DNA of 64,000 bases from positions 38,812,001 through 38,876,000 of the forward strand of contig OX597829.1 in assembly GCA_951406725.2 (NCBI GenBank), written 5' to 3'. The notes beneath the pieces were generated by a model. The model did not search any database. It worked only from the letters and a program-made list of their open reading frames with translations, and had not been told where the DNA came from. Origin of the DNA: Octopus vulgaris (lineage: Eukaryota). This document shows positions 26,588 to 41,066 of this stretch, piece by piece; the first letter of the stretch is position 1, and each line of letters begins with the position of its first letter. Made by a program: the position numbers and the translations under genes.

Positions 26588-26615
<28 letters not shown>

Positions 26616-26984
26616 GTTTAACGTCCACTTTCTATGCTAGCATGGGTTGGACGGTTTGACTGTGGGCTGGCGAACCAGATGCCTGCACCAGGCTCCAGTC
26701 TTGATCTGGCAAAGTTTCTACAGCTAGGTGCCCTTCCTAATGCCAACCACTCCGAGAGTGTAGTGGGTGCATTTATGTGCCACCGGTACGGGGGCCAGTC
26801 AGGCGGCACTAGCAACGACCTCGCTCAAATCTTTTTACACATGCCAATGGCACAGGTGCCAGTAAGGTGATGCTGGTAACGATCCTGCTCGAATGGTGCC
26901 TCTTACATGCCACCGGTACGGAAGCCAGTTTGCCGCTCTGGCAACAATCACGTGCGGATGGTGCACTTAGCACCTTAGCATATG
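26588..26984 (-). mobile_element. RTE 3'-UTR-only insertion
   Basis: Homologous to 18640-19010; (GAT)n tail; TSD GTTACAT at 26581 and 26985. Confidence 0.85.
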
Positions 26985-27414
26985 GTTACATATAGTAACC
27001 AAATTGATATCAATTGATGCACTTACTATCATAAAATTTGGCACTCCTTGTAAATTCTAAATATAATGGACAGCATATCACAAAGTAAATAACAGAACAG
27101 TGTCTGTAAGAAACTTTGGACAAAGACTTTTTGTTCCATAAACTACCTCAATGCCATAATACTACAATTCTACTTAAATAGCACTAATAGAAGCAAATTT
27201 GTCAGCAATGATTGCAATGACAACAAGCAATCTGTGATTATCTGTTCTGGTATTATATGGTAACCCCTTATATTTAAATGAATTTCTCCACGGACCCCAG
27301 GATATTGAGAGGTCTTTCAGCTGAACATGTCCATGGATCCTCATTACTACCTTTGCAGACCACAGGTTGGAAACCACTGCACTATGTGTGTATGTATGTA
27401 TATATATATATATC

Positions 27415-27416
<2 letters not shown>

Positions 27417-27483
<67 letters not shown>

Positions 27484-28320
27484 GCTTAATATCCGCTTTC
27501 CATGCTGGCATGGGTTGGACGGTTTGACTGAGGACTGGTGAGCCAGAGACTACCAGGCTCAATCTGATCTTGCAAAGTTTCTACAGCTTGATGCCCTTCC
27601 TAATGCCAACCACTCCGAGAGTAGAGTGAGTACTTTTACGTGCCACTGGCACGAGGGTCAGTCAGGCAGTTCTGGCAACAACCATACTCAAAAGGTGTTT
27701 TTTATATGCTACCTGCACGAGAGCCAGTCCAGCGGCACTGGCAATGACAACACTCAATTATTGTTTTTCATGTGCCAGTAAGGCGACACTGGAGACGATC
27801 ATATTCGAAAGGTGCTTTTTACATGCCATCGGCACAGGAACCAATCTGTGGCCTTGGCAACAATGACACTCGGATGTGCTTTTAATGTTCCACTGGCACG
27901 AGTACCAATTAGGCAGTACTGTCATCGGCCACATCAGCAATTTTGATTTGATTTCACTTGACTCAATAGGTCTTTGAAAATTTATTGTCCAATGAATGAG
28001 GGGTATTCATAAGTGGAATGGTTACACCCACTGGCTAGGCCATGGGCTATGATCTCACTTGGCTTGTTAGGTTTTAAGCATAACATATATCCAAAGGTCT
28101 CAATCACTAGTCATTGCCTCAGTAAGGTCCAATGTCGTGCTTCACCACCTCATCCCAGGTTTTCCTGGGTCTACCTCTTCCACAGGTTCTCTCAACTGCT
28201 AGGGTATGACACTTTTTCACCCAGTTGTCATCATTCATTCACAACACATGACCATACCAGCGCAGTTGCCTCTCTTGCACACCACATCTGATGCTTCTTA
28301 GGTCTAACTTTTCTCTCACA
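27417..28320 (-). mobile_element. RTE 3' fragment (ORF end plus tandem-unit UTR, ~22 GAT tail repeats)
   Basis: REKLDLRSIRCGVQERQLRWYGHV; UTR homologous to 18640-19175. Confidence 0.88.
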
Positions 28321-28406
28321 AAGACACAGACACACACACATACATATACGCATAATGTTACATATACTGTATGTGTACATGTATATATTATACATGTATA
28401 TGTGTA

Positions 28407-28932
28407 TCTATATCTATAAAAGGCAGGATGTGTGTGTGTACGTGAATGTACTTTATGCATGTCCACAAATTAGCATGCATGTCATTCCAATTTTAGGAGG
28501 ACATTGGTCACAACCATGACTGTGCTTTTGTCAACTTATTTTTCCCTAGGCACTACCAGATAGCAATATAAATAGATTTTCAACCATAACTTATACTTGT
28601 TTTCACATCAGTGAAATCTGTAAGTTTGCTAACATGAGTTAAGTCTCCTGTCTTATAGATTAATTCACCCTACAACAATGCCTCCGAAAAAAATCAGATT
28701 TGGACTACCTAAGCAATATCAGCGAAGGAAAAGAGAAAGGGCTGAAGAGATTGGCTATCAGCTGACCCATTAGAAAAATATTATAACTTTAGGGGCCGAA
28801 GCCTAGCAATAAGAGCTTGCAGATATTCCACTACAAAATATTCAATAATATCGAAGCAGTAACTTTCATGAATCAGAGTATAATTCTTGATGGTTCTTTC
28901 TAAACCCAGTCAACGACGGGTATTTCTGCTAG
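28407..28932 (+). mobile_element. Non-autonomous Helitron
   Basis: 5' A|TCTATATCTATAAAAGGC followed by a GT tract; 3' hairpin ACCCAGTC-AAC-GACGGGT then CTAG|T; no TSD. Confidence 0.8.
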
Positions 28933-29889
28933 TATATGTGTGTGTGTGTGTGTGTGTGTGTATAAATATATACACATACATTTAAACATATGTATATATA
29001 TATATATTATAATCTATATATATATACATACACACATATTTATACACATGTGTATGTATATGTGTGTGTGTGTGTGTGAGTATTTATAAATCTGTTTCTA
29101 TATTACAAGCTGGATTACATATGTTCAGCAGCTAAACAGTTTGGTAATGGAAATGTTAAACTATCACAACTTCAAAGGTTTCAAGTTTTGAATGCACTAA
29201 TACACACACACACACACACATACACCCACACACCCACACACACACACACACATACATGCAGGGAAAGAAAGAAAGAGAGAGAGATAAAAGAATAATTGTA
29301 GAAAATTCTAGGAAAGGTTATCAGCAAATACCAATAACATTTTAACAATTAGAGTCAGATAAAAATACAATTTACATTCATAATTTATTTTAAATAAACA
29401 ACATATTGAATACATAAATATGATCCAACCTTGTCAAGTAAGCTATTTAGTTGTAAATAATATCCTATTAAGTTTGGAGACAAGATACTTTATGAATTAA
29501 ATACATTTTGGTCGGCATAGATGTTCTTTTTTTGCTTTTTCTCCAATTGTTTGCAGTACTGCTTTTATGTTTCTTTATTTGTTACAGTCATTGGACTGTG
29601 GCCATGCTGGAGCACTGCCTTGAAGGGTTCTGTTCCAGAACCAGTGGCATTCCTATCACAAGTGCCACCTGCGTCAGATGTTTATTTGGCTGCCCCTTAA
29701 AAGTTCTAATAACACTTTAAAAAAATGGAATAATTACAGGTATATATATGTATGTGAAATAAGAAGACAAACTGTAGTAACCATTATTTCCCTCAAATTT
29801 ACTTTTATTGAGTTTATACACAAAAAATAATAGGAAGAATATATTAAAGAAGAGAAGATGAGTGAATTACAACAATAAGTGATTTACAA

Positions 29890-32160
29890 ACTGATATTAT
29901 GTGCCTTCCTCTTTGCAAAATCTTGAATGACTTCATCAGAATTAATTTTATTCATAAGGTTACGCTACATGGATAGTATTGCCAAATCGGTCAATCTTGT
30001 TTGACGTACAGTTGACCTGAGGTAGTTCTTGATGAGCTTTTGTTTAGAAAAGGACCGTTCACAGCTAGCAACATCAATAGCATGAGTTAGGAAGACTTTT
30101 AAAAGTATTACAATATTTGGCAATGAATCAATAAGATTATATTTCTGTATAAACTGAAGAACTTACAAAGGCCCTTCCATGTCTTCAGTACCAGCAGCTG
30201 CCAAATAATTTTGCAGTTTTGCCCTTTCAACCAGAAAGTTTTCTCTCTTAATATTCTCATCAAAAGCATCTAAATCACAATTACACTCTTTATCTAACAA
30301 ATTGGACAGCGTGAGAAAGATGCATTTCTTTGCAATATCATGAAGTTTTTCGAATCTAGAAGTTATTTCTTCAGCCAGTCTATCTATCTTCCTAGCTCAG
30401 CATTGTAGCTGAAAGCAGCCTCAATACTTTCTTCATAACTCATTTTTTTCCTTTTGTGAATTCAACACTCTTTACTGATTCCCATATCAGAGCAAATTTT
30501 GGTTGAATAGGCTAATGTGTCATCTGCTGTTTTGTTTCTGCTTACATGTAGAGAAGTTTTCAAGATAGTTTAATGGTTCCTTGTTGCAACTCCATACCTC
30601 TTGTTGGGAGGTACTTTTGAGTGCCATTAATTTCAGGAAGTATATCTCTCCAAAGGCCAAGAATGACAAGAAATAAAATGATAGCATTGCCTGAAAAATT
30701 AAACCTGCATCAAATCTCATACTTGTATTTTCTGCATCTTCCATCAACCATTCCAGCACAGTGATGATTTCCATGAATTTTGTATGTGCAACTTTCACTG
30801 CATCCGCTCGACTACTCCTTCTTCTCATTTCCCGAGCCTGTTTGATAGTTGCATCAGTTATCTCAATCAAGATATCCCATTGATGAGTTGAGGCTGAAAA
30901 GAATGAAAATAGATGGTCCAATGTGCCAAAAAATGTAACTGAATCTGCACCCACTGAAGCTGCATGCACAGCTGCTAAATTGAGAGTGATTGGTGTATGG
31001 CACAAATACAATCTTTGGATTAACTTCTGTGATGCATGGTTGAACACCGGATCGATGATCTGCCGTTACTGCCACGTTATCAAAAGCTTGTCCATGACAG
31101 TCTTGAATGTTAACATCGACCATTTCTAATTGCTTCAGAATCATTGGTGTAATTTGCTCAGTATTTTTGCATTTCATCTCAATAAAACAAAGAAAAGATT
31201 CTTCTATTTTTACTTCCTTTTCATCTATTTTAACACAACGTAGCACCCAAAATATTTGGTCAATATGAGAAATGTCTGGAGTACTATCAAAAATAACGCA
31301 ATACTATTTACTCTGTTTCACTTCATCAATAACTTCCTTTCTCGCTTGATCTCCCAGGATATTCACCGATTCATTCTGAATTTTTGGTGAGTCTTTGGTC
31401 ACTAAGCTCTGCTTGCGAAGACCTGTTGAGGCAAGTGAAATCAAAATCAAAATCAAATTCGATGACTGGCATCTGTGCTAGCAGGGTGCAAAGAGCACCA
31501 TACAAGTGTGATCATTTGACAGAGCGGCTAACCAGCTTCCATGCCAGTGGTACATTAAAGGGCTCCATTCGAGTGTGATCATTACCAGCGTCACCTTACT
31601 AGCACTTGTGCCTGTGCTAGTAGGGTGCCAAGAGCACCATCCGAGTGTGATCGTTGCAAGAGCAGCCAACTGGGTTCCATGCCGGTGGCATGTAAAAAGG
31701 CACCATTCGAGTGTGATCGTCACCAACGTCGCCTTACTGCCACCTGTACTGGTGGCATGCGTAAAAAGATTCGAGTGAGGTCATTGCCAGTACCGCCTGA
31801 CTGGCCCCCATGCCAGTGGTACATAAAAAGCACCCACTACACTCTCGGAGTGGTTGGCATTAGAAAGGGCATCCAGCTGTAGAAACTCTGCTAGATCAAG
31901 ATTGGAGCCTGGTGCACCCATCAGTCGAAATCGTCCAACCCATGCTAGCATGGAAAGCGGACGTTAAACGATGATGAACGATGTAGCACTCGAGAAATTT
32001 GGTCAATATTAGAAATGTCTGGAGTACCATAAAAAAATAACGCAATGCTATTTACTCTGTTTCGCTTGATCTCCCAGGACGTTCACAGATTCATTCTGAA
32101 TTTTTGGTGAGAGATAGAAAGTTGCAAACTTATCAGGTTTTGCTTTCACCAAATTGAAGT
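29890..32160 (-). pseudogene. hAT transposase remnant (ZMYM1-like group)
   Basis: YLSPKIQNE, IFDSTPDISH.DQ, IEESFL, DC.GQAFDN, NPKIVFVP..NHS, and C-terminal ASCERSFSK.KLIKNYLRST dimerisation motif; many frameshifts. Confidence 0.9.
31392..31982 (+). mobile_element. RTE 3'-UTR insertion flanked by a ~150-bp duplication
   Basis: About seven tandem ~60-bp units then the conserved end ...ggacgttaaacgatgat; 31240-31391 is repeated at 31983-32111. Confidence 0.88.
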
Positions 32161-32357
32161 TGTGATACCTGTACTGGTGGCACGTAAAAAGCACCCACTA
32201 GACTCACAGAGTGGTTGGCGTTAGGAAGAGCATCCAGCTGTAGAAACACTGCCAGATCAGACTGGAGCCTGGTGCAGCCTCCTGGCTTCCCAAACCCCTG
32301 TCAAACCGTCCAACCCATGCTAGCATGGAAAACGGACGTTAAACGATGATGATGATG
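32160..32357 (+). mobile_element. RTE 3'-UTR terminal fragment
   Basis: Same conserved end and (GAT)n tail. Confidence 0.85.
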
Positions 32358-32638
32358 TCTAGGGTTAGGTTTAGGGTTAGGGTAACTATGTCTGGAACTC
32401 ATTCTAACAGTCTATTATGCTGAGCTACTAATTTGCGGGTAATGTAAACACTGACATTGGCAGTCAAGTAGTGGTGGTGAGAGAAAAACAGAGCACACAG
32501 GCACATGTGCACACACACATGCACACACTCATGCATGCACACACACATACACACATGCATGCATGCACACACACATGCACATACATATACACACACTCAT
32601 GCATGCACACACACTCATAGATGCACACATACACACAC

Positions 32639-32679
<41 letters not shown>

Positions 32680-33523
32680 CATATGCACAAACACACACAC
32701 ACACACAACAGGCTTCCACACAGTTCCCATGTATCAAATCTGTTCTTGCAAGGATTTGGTCAACCCAGGACTATAGTAGAAAGCATTTGCCCAGGATGCC
32801 ATGCAATGAGATTGAACCTGAACCCACAAGTTGCAAAGTGAGCATCATAAACCACACAACCATTCCTGAAGTTTATTCTGTTTTACACTCAAAAACCTAC
32901 ATATCAATTTTGGGGGATTATTTATTTCTGTATCGTATTCTTTTATTCTACTCTTTAAGAAAGATTTTAAAAAATTTACTCTGTTTTATTTCATCTTTAT
33001 ATAATATACGCTTTACAGTAAATCATTTTTTTTTTTAAATTATTTTCTAATTATCACTATCAGTTTCAGGGTGAAGAATTTCAGCATGGTTTACTTTTCT
33101 CTTCAGTATTTTTAAAACACTAAATGTGTGTTACTAATACTCTCAAGGGTGTGCTATGAGACTACACTTCCGTATCTGTTGATATCTGCCGCACATTTTT
33201 TCTCTGCTGTTTGTAATAAGGAAATCTTATAGATGTATTAGTACATACATGTGTGAGCAAAAAATGATGACAGATTTATTATTAATCATGGAGAATAGTG
33301 CACCAGTTCAAATGAAGTTAAATATCAAATTCTTTTCTTACTTATTAACAAATATTATCCCCTTTTGAAAGTTATATATATATATATATAAGTAGTTTTA
33401 GAGACAGAACCACCTTCAACTCAATCAACACTGAAAGATTTTATAACCGACCACTCCATAAAATGTTAAATATTAAATCTTATACTAACTATATCTATTC
33501 TGAATTCCATATTTTCCGTTTAT

Positions 33524-33624
33524 AAGACTACACGCATTTCGTGAAAGTACGTCGGTTTGATTAGATACGAGGTATCTAGTTTCAATACTTAATCGGGTCG
33601 ACGTACTCCCAATCTTCAGGTTTA
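33524..33624 (-). ncRNA. Hammerhead motif with long stem II
   Basis: AAAC-CUGAAGA-uUGGGAGUACGUCG...CGACGUACUUUCAc-GAAA-UGCGUG-UA-GUCU (one stem I mismatch). Confidence 0.75.
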
Positions 33625-34062
33625 GATTCCTCAACATTTTTCACTACCCCTACCTCTTATATACCTCCACGATACTCTATATCTTTAGTATAATCTTACT
33701 TAACATATACAAATGAATAGAAATACAAATAATAAATTGAAATAGTAACCGAATATTAAAAACTTAAGGAGTAACAATTTAAGGAATAAAAATTCAAGGA
33801 ATAAACATTTAAGGAAAAAAAATTCAAAGAGAAAAAAGTACAAGTAAAAATTACGAATAAAAGTTATGAATAACGAATAAAGAATTACGAATAAACAAAT
33901 ACGAAATAAAAATGAAATTATAAGGAAATAAAAATAGAGACGAAAATAAAACAAATGTTAACTTATCTTATCTTTCCTCGGCGAAAATTAAGCATAGCTA
34001 CATCTTGCAAATAAAGTAAAATCCGCGTTTGATAATACCTATGTATAGGAGGTACTACAAAT

Positions 34063-34360
34063 AAATGAAAGGCAAAGTCGACTGCGGCAGAATTTAAAGC
34101 CAGAACGTAAAGACAGACGAAATACCTATTTCTTTACTACCCACAAGGGGCTAAACACAGAGAGGACAAACAAGGACAGAAAAACGGATTAAGTCGATTA
34201 TATCAACCCCAGTGCGCAACTGGTACTTATTTAATCGACCCTGAAAGGATGAAAGGCAAAGTCGACCTCGGTGGAATTTGAACTCAGAACGTAAATACAG
34301 ACGAAATACTGCTAAGCATTTCGCCCAGCGTGTTAACGATTCTGCCAGTTCGTCGGCCTA
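34063..34360 (-). mobile_element. SINE family B (about 1.3 units)
   Basis: Reverse complement of the 14982 family. Confidence 0.85.
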
Positions 34361-34514
34361 CAGGGAGAAAAATATTAAACAATAGTGAGTGAGAAAGAAA
34401 CGTGGAGGGAGGTTTTGGGATGTGCTAGAAACAGCCAGATATCCGTTTAATTACACATTTTCCTCTGAAATTATCAACAATTTTTTTTAAAACCGAAAAT
34501 GTTTCTCTCACTGG

Positions 34515-35233
34515 CAGGGGTTGTAAAAAATTAATTGTAATATATTGATCCAATTGATTGATTAGAGTTGTACTGCCAATTAAATAATTGATTGCTACCA
34601 TATCAATTAATTGCAGTTAATTGCAACATTGTCAGAGTTCAAAATCATAAACTGACTGATTTTTGTTACCAATATCAAGAATCTTGGCACGTTTCTTCAG
34701 CTCAGCAGCTTAGCTTTTAATGATTTTCGGCAATACTCAACACCAATGAATTTAAAAATGCAATTGTTTCTTTCTGCAAGTCAATCGCGCTTTCTGGGAT
34801 TCAGAAATCTGCAATCGTTCAGAAATCTACAATCGTTTCTGAACTTTTACTATATTAGAACATTTTAATCGTGCTACTCGCTTAAGAAACTCTTTCAATT
34901 AAAGACCTTCAATTTACTTGTTTTCCAACTAATGTACAATGTAAAGTGTATACGATTATTGTTCCTTATTCTAAATCAACAAAATTGAACTTTGAACGTT
35001 TTCTGATAATAAAATTTTTTGAAACCATAAGACGTGCCATTTATTTTCCTATCATTTTGGCGCTTATCTAAATCGAAGCTAACACTCCTAAATATTTTTT
35101 TTTTTTTTATGTTCGGCAAAATAATTGACAATTAATTGCAATGATTGATTGGCACGTATCCCAATTAAAATTAATTAATTGCTCGGAAAATAATTGATTG
35201 GAAAGGTTCCAATCAATTATTTACAACCCCCTA
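34515..35233. mobile_element. hAT-type MITE
   Basis: CAGGGGTTGTAA...TTACAACCCCCTA; 8-bp TSD CTCACTGG / CTCACGGG; subterminal AATTG repeats. Confidence 0.85.
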
Positions 35234-35477
35234 CTCACGGGTTTTAAGTGTGTAGTGAAAAAAAAATGGTCAAAATCGTTTCGCACTGGGGTGGTGAGGG
35301 AGCGGCGGGAGTGTAAAAATTAAAATTTTTCAAAATATTTTACTTTTTCTTTCCTGAAAAAATACCACACATCTACCGACTTCGGGGAAAAACATTGAAA
35401 AAAATCCCCATCAAAATGGACGCAATCATAACCTTCACACGGTCCATACCACGACGTCAGACTCTCTAAGATCAAAA

Positions 35478-35652
35478 CTTGTAGAAGAGACAACTTATGT
35501 ATTGAAAATGAAGGACAACACTTTCAACACCTCTTATAAAGTTTGTTAAAGTCTTGTAAAGTCTATTATATTCTTTTGTAGTCTTATACGATCTTATAAA
35601 TATTTCTTTTGCAATAAAATACTTACTGCAGAGAGATGTTTTGAACACCCTG
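35478..35652 (+). mobile_element. 3' end of a Tc1/mariner element
   Basis: [18 protein letters not shown] followed by TIR TTTTGAACACCCTG|TA. Confidence 0.75.
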
Positions 35653-35668
35653 TATATATGGATATGCT

Positions 35669-35771
<103 letters not shown>

Positions 35772-35925
35772 TTCTTCTGATTACCTCATTTCTTCTAATA
35801 TATAATACCTGTACATTATCTCCAAACCTTCCATATATATATATATATATATATATACATACATACATACATACATACATGCATTCATATATTGAATACA
35901 AACATATATACTTTTGTTATAAATA

Positions 35926-36422
35926 TCATCATCATCATCATCGTTTAACGTCCGTTCTCCATGCTAGCATGGGTTGGACGGTTCGACCGGGGTTCTGGGA
36001 AGCCAGAAGGCTGCACCAGGCTCCAGTCTAATCTGGCAATGTTTCTACAGCTGGATGCCCTTCCTAACGCCAACCACTCCGTGAGTGTAGTGGGTGCTTT
36101 TTACGTGCCACCTGCACAGGTGCCAGGTGAGGCTGGCAACGGCCACGGTCGGATTGGTGTATTTTATGTGCCACCGGCACGGAAGCCAGTCGAGGCGGTG
36201 CTGGCATCGGCCACGAGTCGGATAGTGCTTTTTACGTACCACCAGACCAGGAATCCTGGCTGGTTCAATTCGATTTCGATTTCGCTTGCCCCAACATGTC
36301 TTCACAAGCAAAGGGGGTTGGCATGGGTGCCTGTAGTACGGTCGGATTGGAGTATTTTACGTGCCACCGGCACGGAAGCCAGTCGAAGCGGCGCTGGCAT
36401 CGGCCCGGCGCTGGCATCGGCC
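35926..36422 (-). mobile_element. RTE 3'-UTR insertion with a rearranged 5' end
   Basis: Homologous to 18640-19100; an extra tandem unit lies upstream of the ORF-end sequence. Confidence 0.85.
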
Positions 36423-36443
36423 ATAATAATAATAATATATATG

Positions 36444-36505
<62 letters not shown>

Positions 36506-38358
36506 CATGTGTGCATGCATGTGCACACACATATGAACATAATTTATCATTTGATCTTGGAATATGGAATATGTGCATCAGCATGGGCGCAGCTCTGTGC
36601 TGAAACAAATGTATATATATATATGATAACATTCCGCACACTCTACTTCAGTACCGGTGGTATATTTACCACTGCTGAATCATATGTTAATAACAAGTTT
36701 TATGAATTTCAGTTCTGAAATTTTGAACTCGAAACAAAGCCATTTATTTCATTGTTTTTTTTTTTGTAATCATTTATTGTTTTCTAGTTGTTTTTTGTAC
36801 ATTTTATTTATTTAATTTCATTTTGGTCTGTCTTACAATTCCTGTTAGAATACTTATTGGAGAATACAGAAAAGTTACCAATGTGGAAATGATATGAAAC
36901 CCAAGCAATGAGTTTAGATGTCAAAGACCTAAAGAAAAGAATTGCTGTAAAAGTCAAGAGCAGAAATGAAAATAAATACAAACAATAAAGTATGAAACAA
37001 AGTAGAAAAACATGGAATCAAATTCAGGAATAGCTGTCTTAGAGATAAATGGTTGTCAAACTCCAGAACTTCTGTCTTGAGATAAAAGTAACAGCCTAGG
37101 AAAAGAATTATAGAGTACCAAAGAGAAAAGAAAGAATAATAAACAAGAAAAAGGGGGGGGGGTCAAAAATAGTTATAATAAAGTAAATGAAAAATTTGAT
37201 GTCAAAGAAAAAATAGCACAAGAATGGTTATCTAATATAAAAAAAAAAACTATCAGGGGAAAAAGAAACATAGAGTCTCTTAAAGTGAGGAGAATGATTA
37301 TTACATTCAAAAGTGATGATCAGATAAGAATAGCAGTCAAAATGAAAAACAGTTGTCAAGTAAAAAATATGATAGTGACAGAAAAAAAAAAAAAAACATT
37401 TAGAAAATGTCAAATTACGTTAGCTGTCTGATTGATTGATCTGTGTGTTGAAATTAAAGGCTGAGAGAGAGAGATATATCGCAAGAGAAACTGTCAGCTA
37501 TGAAGCAGGGGTTTTATGCATGTGCTTTCATTTTAGGTCAAAGCAGGTCAGGATAGAATCAAGTATCTGTCGTAATAGAATCATTCTAAAATCAGAAATA
37601 ATTTTAGTTTCTCAAATTGTCCATTTTTGTTTTCTTTTTTTCAAGTTTTGGTTGTAATTGTATATTTTTTGTATGCTTTAATAAGTAGAGATTTTATTTT
37701 TTGCTTTTTATGTTTCACCTTTTTGTTTTCCATTTTTAAAATGGTTTGCAGAGCAACAAAAAAAAAATGCAGGATGTTCCAGCGATTTCCTGACTACATT
37801 TTTATAGTAGTAGTAGTAGTAGTAGTAATTTTTTAAAATTTTCATTTTATTTTTTATATCAAAATTATTAAAATTATTAAGTAAGCAGCAAATTAAATCA
37901 CAAAATCCAAACAAATGTCACCTTCTGCCCCTCCTCCTCTTCCTCCCCTTATCATAATCATCATCATCATCATCATCATCACCACGATGGAACACTAATT
38001 ACTACAGATTGAACACAAATAAGTCATATCTGTAATTAAAGTAAAACAACAATGATGATGATGATTTTTTTTTTTTTCCCAATTTGCAAAGATCCATGAA
38101 ATACGATATTGTCACTGACTCACCTGATTCAACACGTATTTTTGTTATTTAATTCTGTTTGTTTTTGATATATCCTGTCACAGTGCCCAAAGACTCGTGT
38201 AGTTCCTTTCAGGATTGTTAATTGTTCCAGTTGCTGCTTTAGAATCATTTAACACCAATTGATCATATATATATTTTTTATTTTTATTTAGTTTCAGCTC
38301 ACAAGCTGTGGCCATGCTGGGGCACCGCCATTTAAATATATATATATATATATATATA

Positions 38359-38695
38359 GACGCAGGAGTGGCTGTGTGGTAAGTAGCTTGCTTACCAACC
38401 ACATGGTTCCAGGTTCCGTGGCATCTTGGGCAAGTGTCTTATACTATAGCCTTGGGCCGACCAATGCCTTGTGAGTGGATTTGGAAGGCAGAAACTGAAA
38501 GAAGCCTATCGTATATATGTATATATATATATGTGTGTGTATTTGTGTGTCTGTGTTTGTCCCCCTAGCATTGCTTGACAACCGATGCTGGTGTGTTTAC
38601 GTCCCCGTCACTTAGCGGTCCGGCAAAAGAGACCGATAGAATAAGTACTGGGCTTACAAAGAATAAGTCCCGGGGTCGATTTGCTCGACTAAAGG
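38359..38695 (+). mobile_element. tRNA-derived SINE family A (CORE-like centre, internal microsatellite)
   Basis: gcaggagtggctgtgtggtaag..ttgggcaagtgtctt..(TA/TG)n..aataagtac..ggggtcgat. Confidence 0.88.
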
Positions 38696-38924
38696 TGAGT
38701 GAAGATGTGTACGTTTTCAAAGTGATGTATGTGTGTGTATGTGGGTGTGCGAGCGAGCGCACATGTATACGTAAGAACAGACACGCTTACGCGTTTACTA
38801 TGAACTTTTAACCTTATCTTAATTAGCGGTCTTTCGAATTAGCGCTTTTGTATAATTAGCGGTCTATAACACAGTAATTCCCCTTTGTATAACAGTCTTT
38901 TTTCATAGGGTTTTTCAGATGGCC

Positions 38925-38987
38925 AGATAACTGAGGAGATGATGGTGTGGATTTCCACCTCGGCATCCGAAACTCAGAGTCTTATCT
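38925..38987 (+). ncRNA. Type-I hammerhead motif with canonical core and GUC site
   Basis: AGAUAA-CUGAGGA-GAUG...CAUC(C)-GAAA-CUCAGAG-UC-UUAUCU; paralogue of 22966. Confidence 0.8.
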
Positions 38988-39023
38988 TGGCTACCGAGTA
39001 ATTGTCACATATTATTTTTACAG

Positions 39024-39532
<509 letters not shown>

Positions 39533-39654
39533 CGCTCTTGCGTCTCACGTTTGATCTTTGACTTCTGACCGAAATCAGATCGCCATGTTGATTTGCTAGC
39601 CTCTGCATGCATTTTTTTCTCTCCTTGTTTCTTTCTGTGTTTCTTTTCTGTGTA

Positions 39655-39692
39655 TCTTTCTGTTGAAGAGCGTAGGCTCGAAACATAAAAGA
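39655..39692 (+). ncRNA. Ultra-minimal hammerhead-like motif with CUGUUGA core
   Basis: UCUUU-CUGUUGA-a-GAGC-GUAG-GCUC-GAAA-CA-UA-AAAGA; degraded paralogue at 61291-61329. Confidence 0.55.
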
Positions 39693-40225
39693 CTTGTTTT
39701 ATTTATATTCCTGAGCGCCATACTAATACAATTGTTTGTTTGTATTCCACCTGCCTTCATCTTTTGTTTATTTTCATAAAGCTTCCCGTTATATATATAT
39801 ATATATATATATACACATGTATATAATATATAACTGTATGATAATATACCATAAATCATATGACAAGTTTTAAACACAGGCAACTAGTAGTTTTCTCTCT
39901 GTTACTTACAAAGCTTTTTGGTTTGATTACAAATACTATATACACACACACACATATGCACACACTTGTACATACACATACCAAACGTTTGTGTGTGTCT
40001 ATATATATATATCAACTGAATAAAGTTACAACACGGTCTGATTTTCATGTTTTTTATTATTGTATTTATATATATATACACACACCCAAACACACACATC
40101 TATATAATTGTACAATAATATATCATAATAATATTTTATTCTTCGATCTGAAGCAACATTTTTTAAATACAAACAAATACCAGCTTTCTCTCCATAAATT
40201 ACAAAGCCTTTCGGTCTGTTTACAA

Positions 40226-40280
<55 letters not shown>

Positions 40281-40690
40281 ACACACACAAACACACACAT
40301 ATATTCACACACCTGTACATACACATACCATATATTTGTGTATATATATATCAGTTGAATAAAGTTACAACATGGTCTGGTTTTTACATTTTTATTATTG
40401 TATTTTAAAAAAAATTCTTTTACAATGTTGAAGTGTGTTAAGCATTAAAAAAAATATTTTGTAATATTCATAAAGTTCAACTAGCAAGACAGAGAATGCA
40501 TTATCAGAATGCTCACGAGTTCACAGACAACGTATCCAGAACACTAATGCTTGCCAAATTCCATTGAACGAACATATAGAAACATGTGGTCAGAAAATGT
40601 TACTGTTTCTTCCTTTCTACAAACTACATGAGACACAAGTGAGGCTGGAAGAAAGATAAAAAAAATGTTTTATTAAAATGTTCAAATCTA

Positions 40691-41066
40691 GGCGCAGGAG
40701 TGGCTGAGTGGTAAGTAGCTTGCTTACCAACCACATGGTTCCGGGTTCAGTCCCACTGCATGGCACCTTGGGCAAGTGTCTTCTACTATAGCCTTGGGCC
40801 AACCAAAGCCTTGTGAGTGGATTTGGTAGATGAAAACTGAAAGAAGCCCATCGTATATATGTATATATGTATGTGTGTCTGTGTTTGTCCCCCCAACATC
40901 GTTTGACAACCGATGGTGTTTACAACTCTGTAACTTAGCGGTTCAGCAAAAGAACCGATAGAATAAGTACTAGGCTTACAAAGAATAAGTCTTGGGGTCG
41001 ATTTGCTCAACTAAAGGCGGTGCTGCAGCATGGCCACAGTCAAATGACTGAAACAAGTTAAAGAGA
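40691..41066 (+). mobile_element. SINE family A, full length
   Basis: Matches 38359, 44923 and 52583. Confidence 0.9.

Noticed and set aside
31480-31840. Repeat-spacer-like periodicity resembling a CRISPR array
   Set aside because: Eukaryotic context, degenerate units with related spacers, part of an RTE 3' UTR, no cas genes
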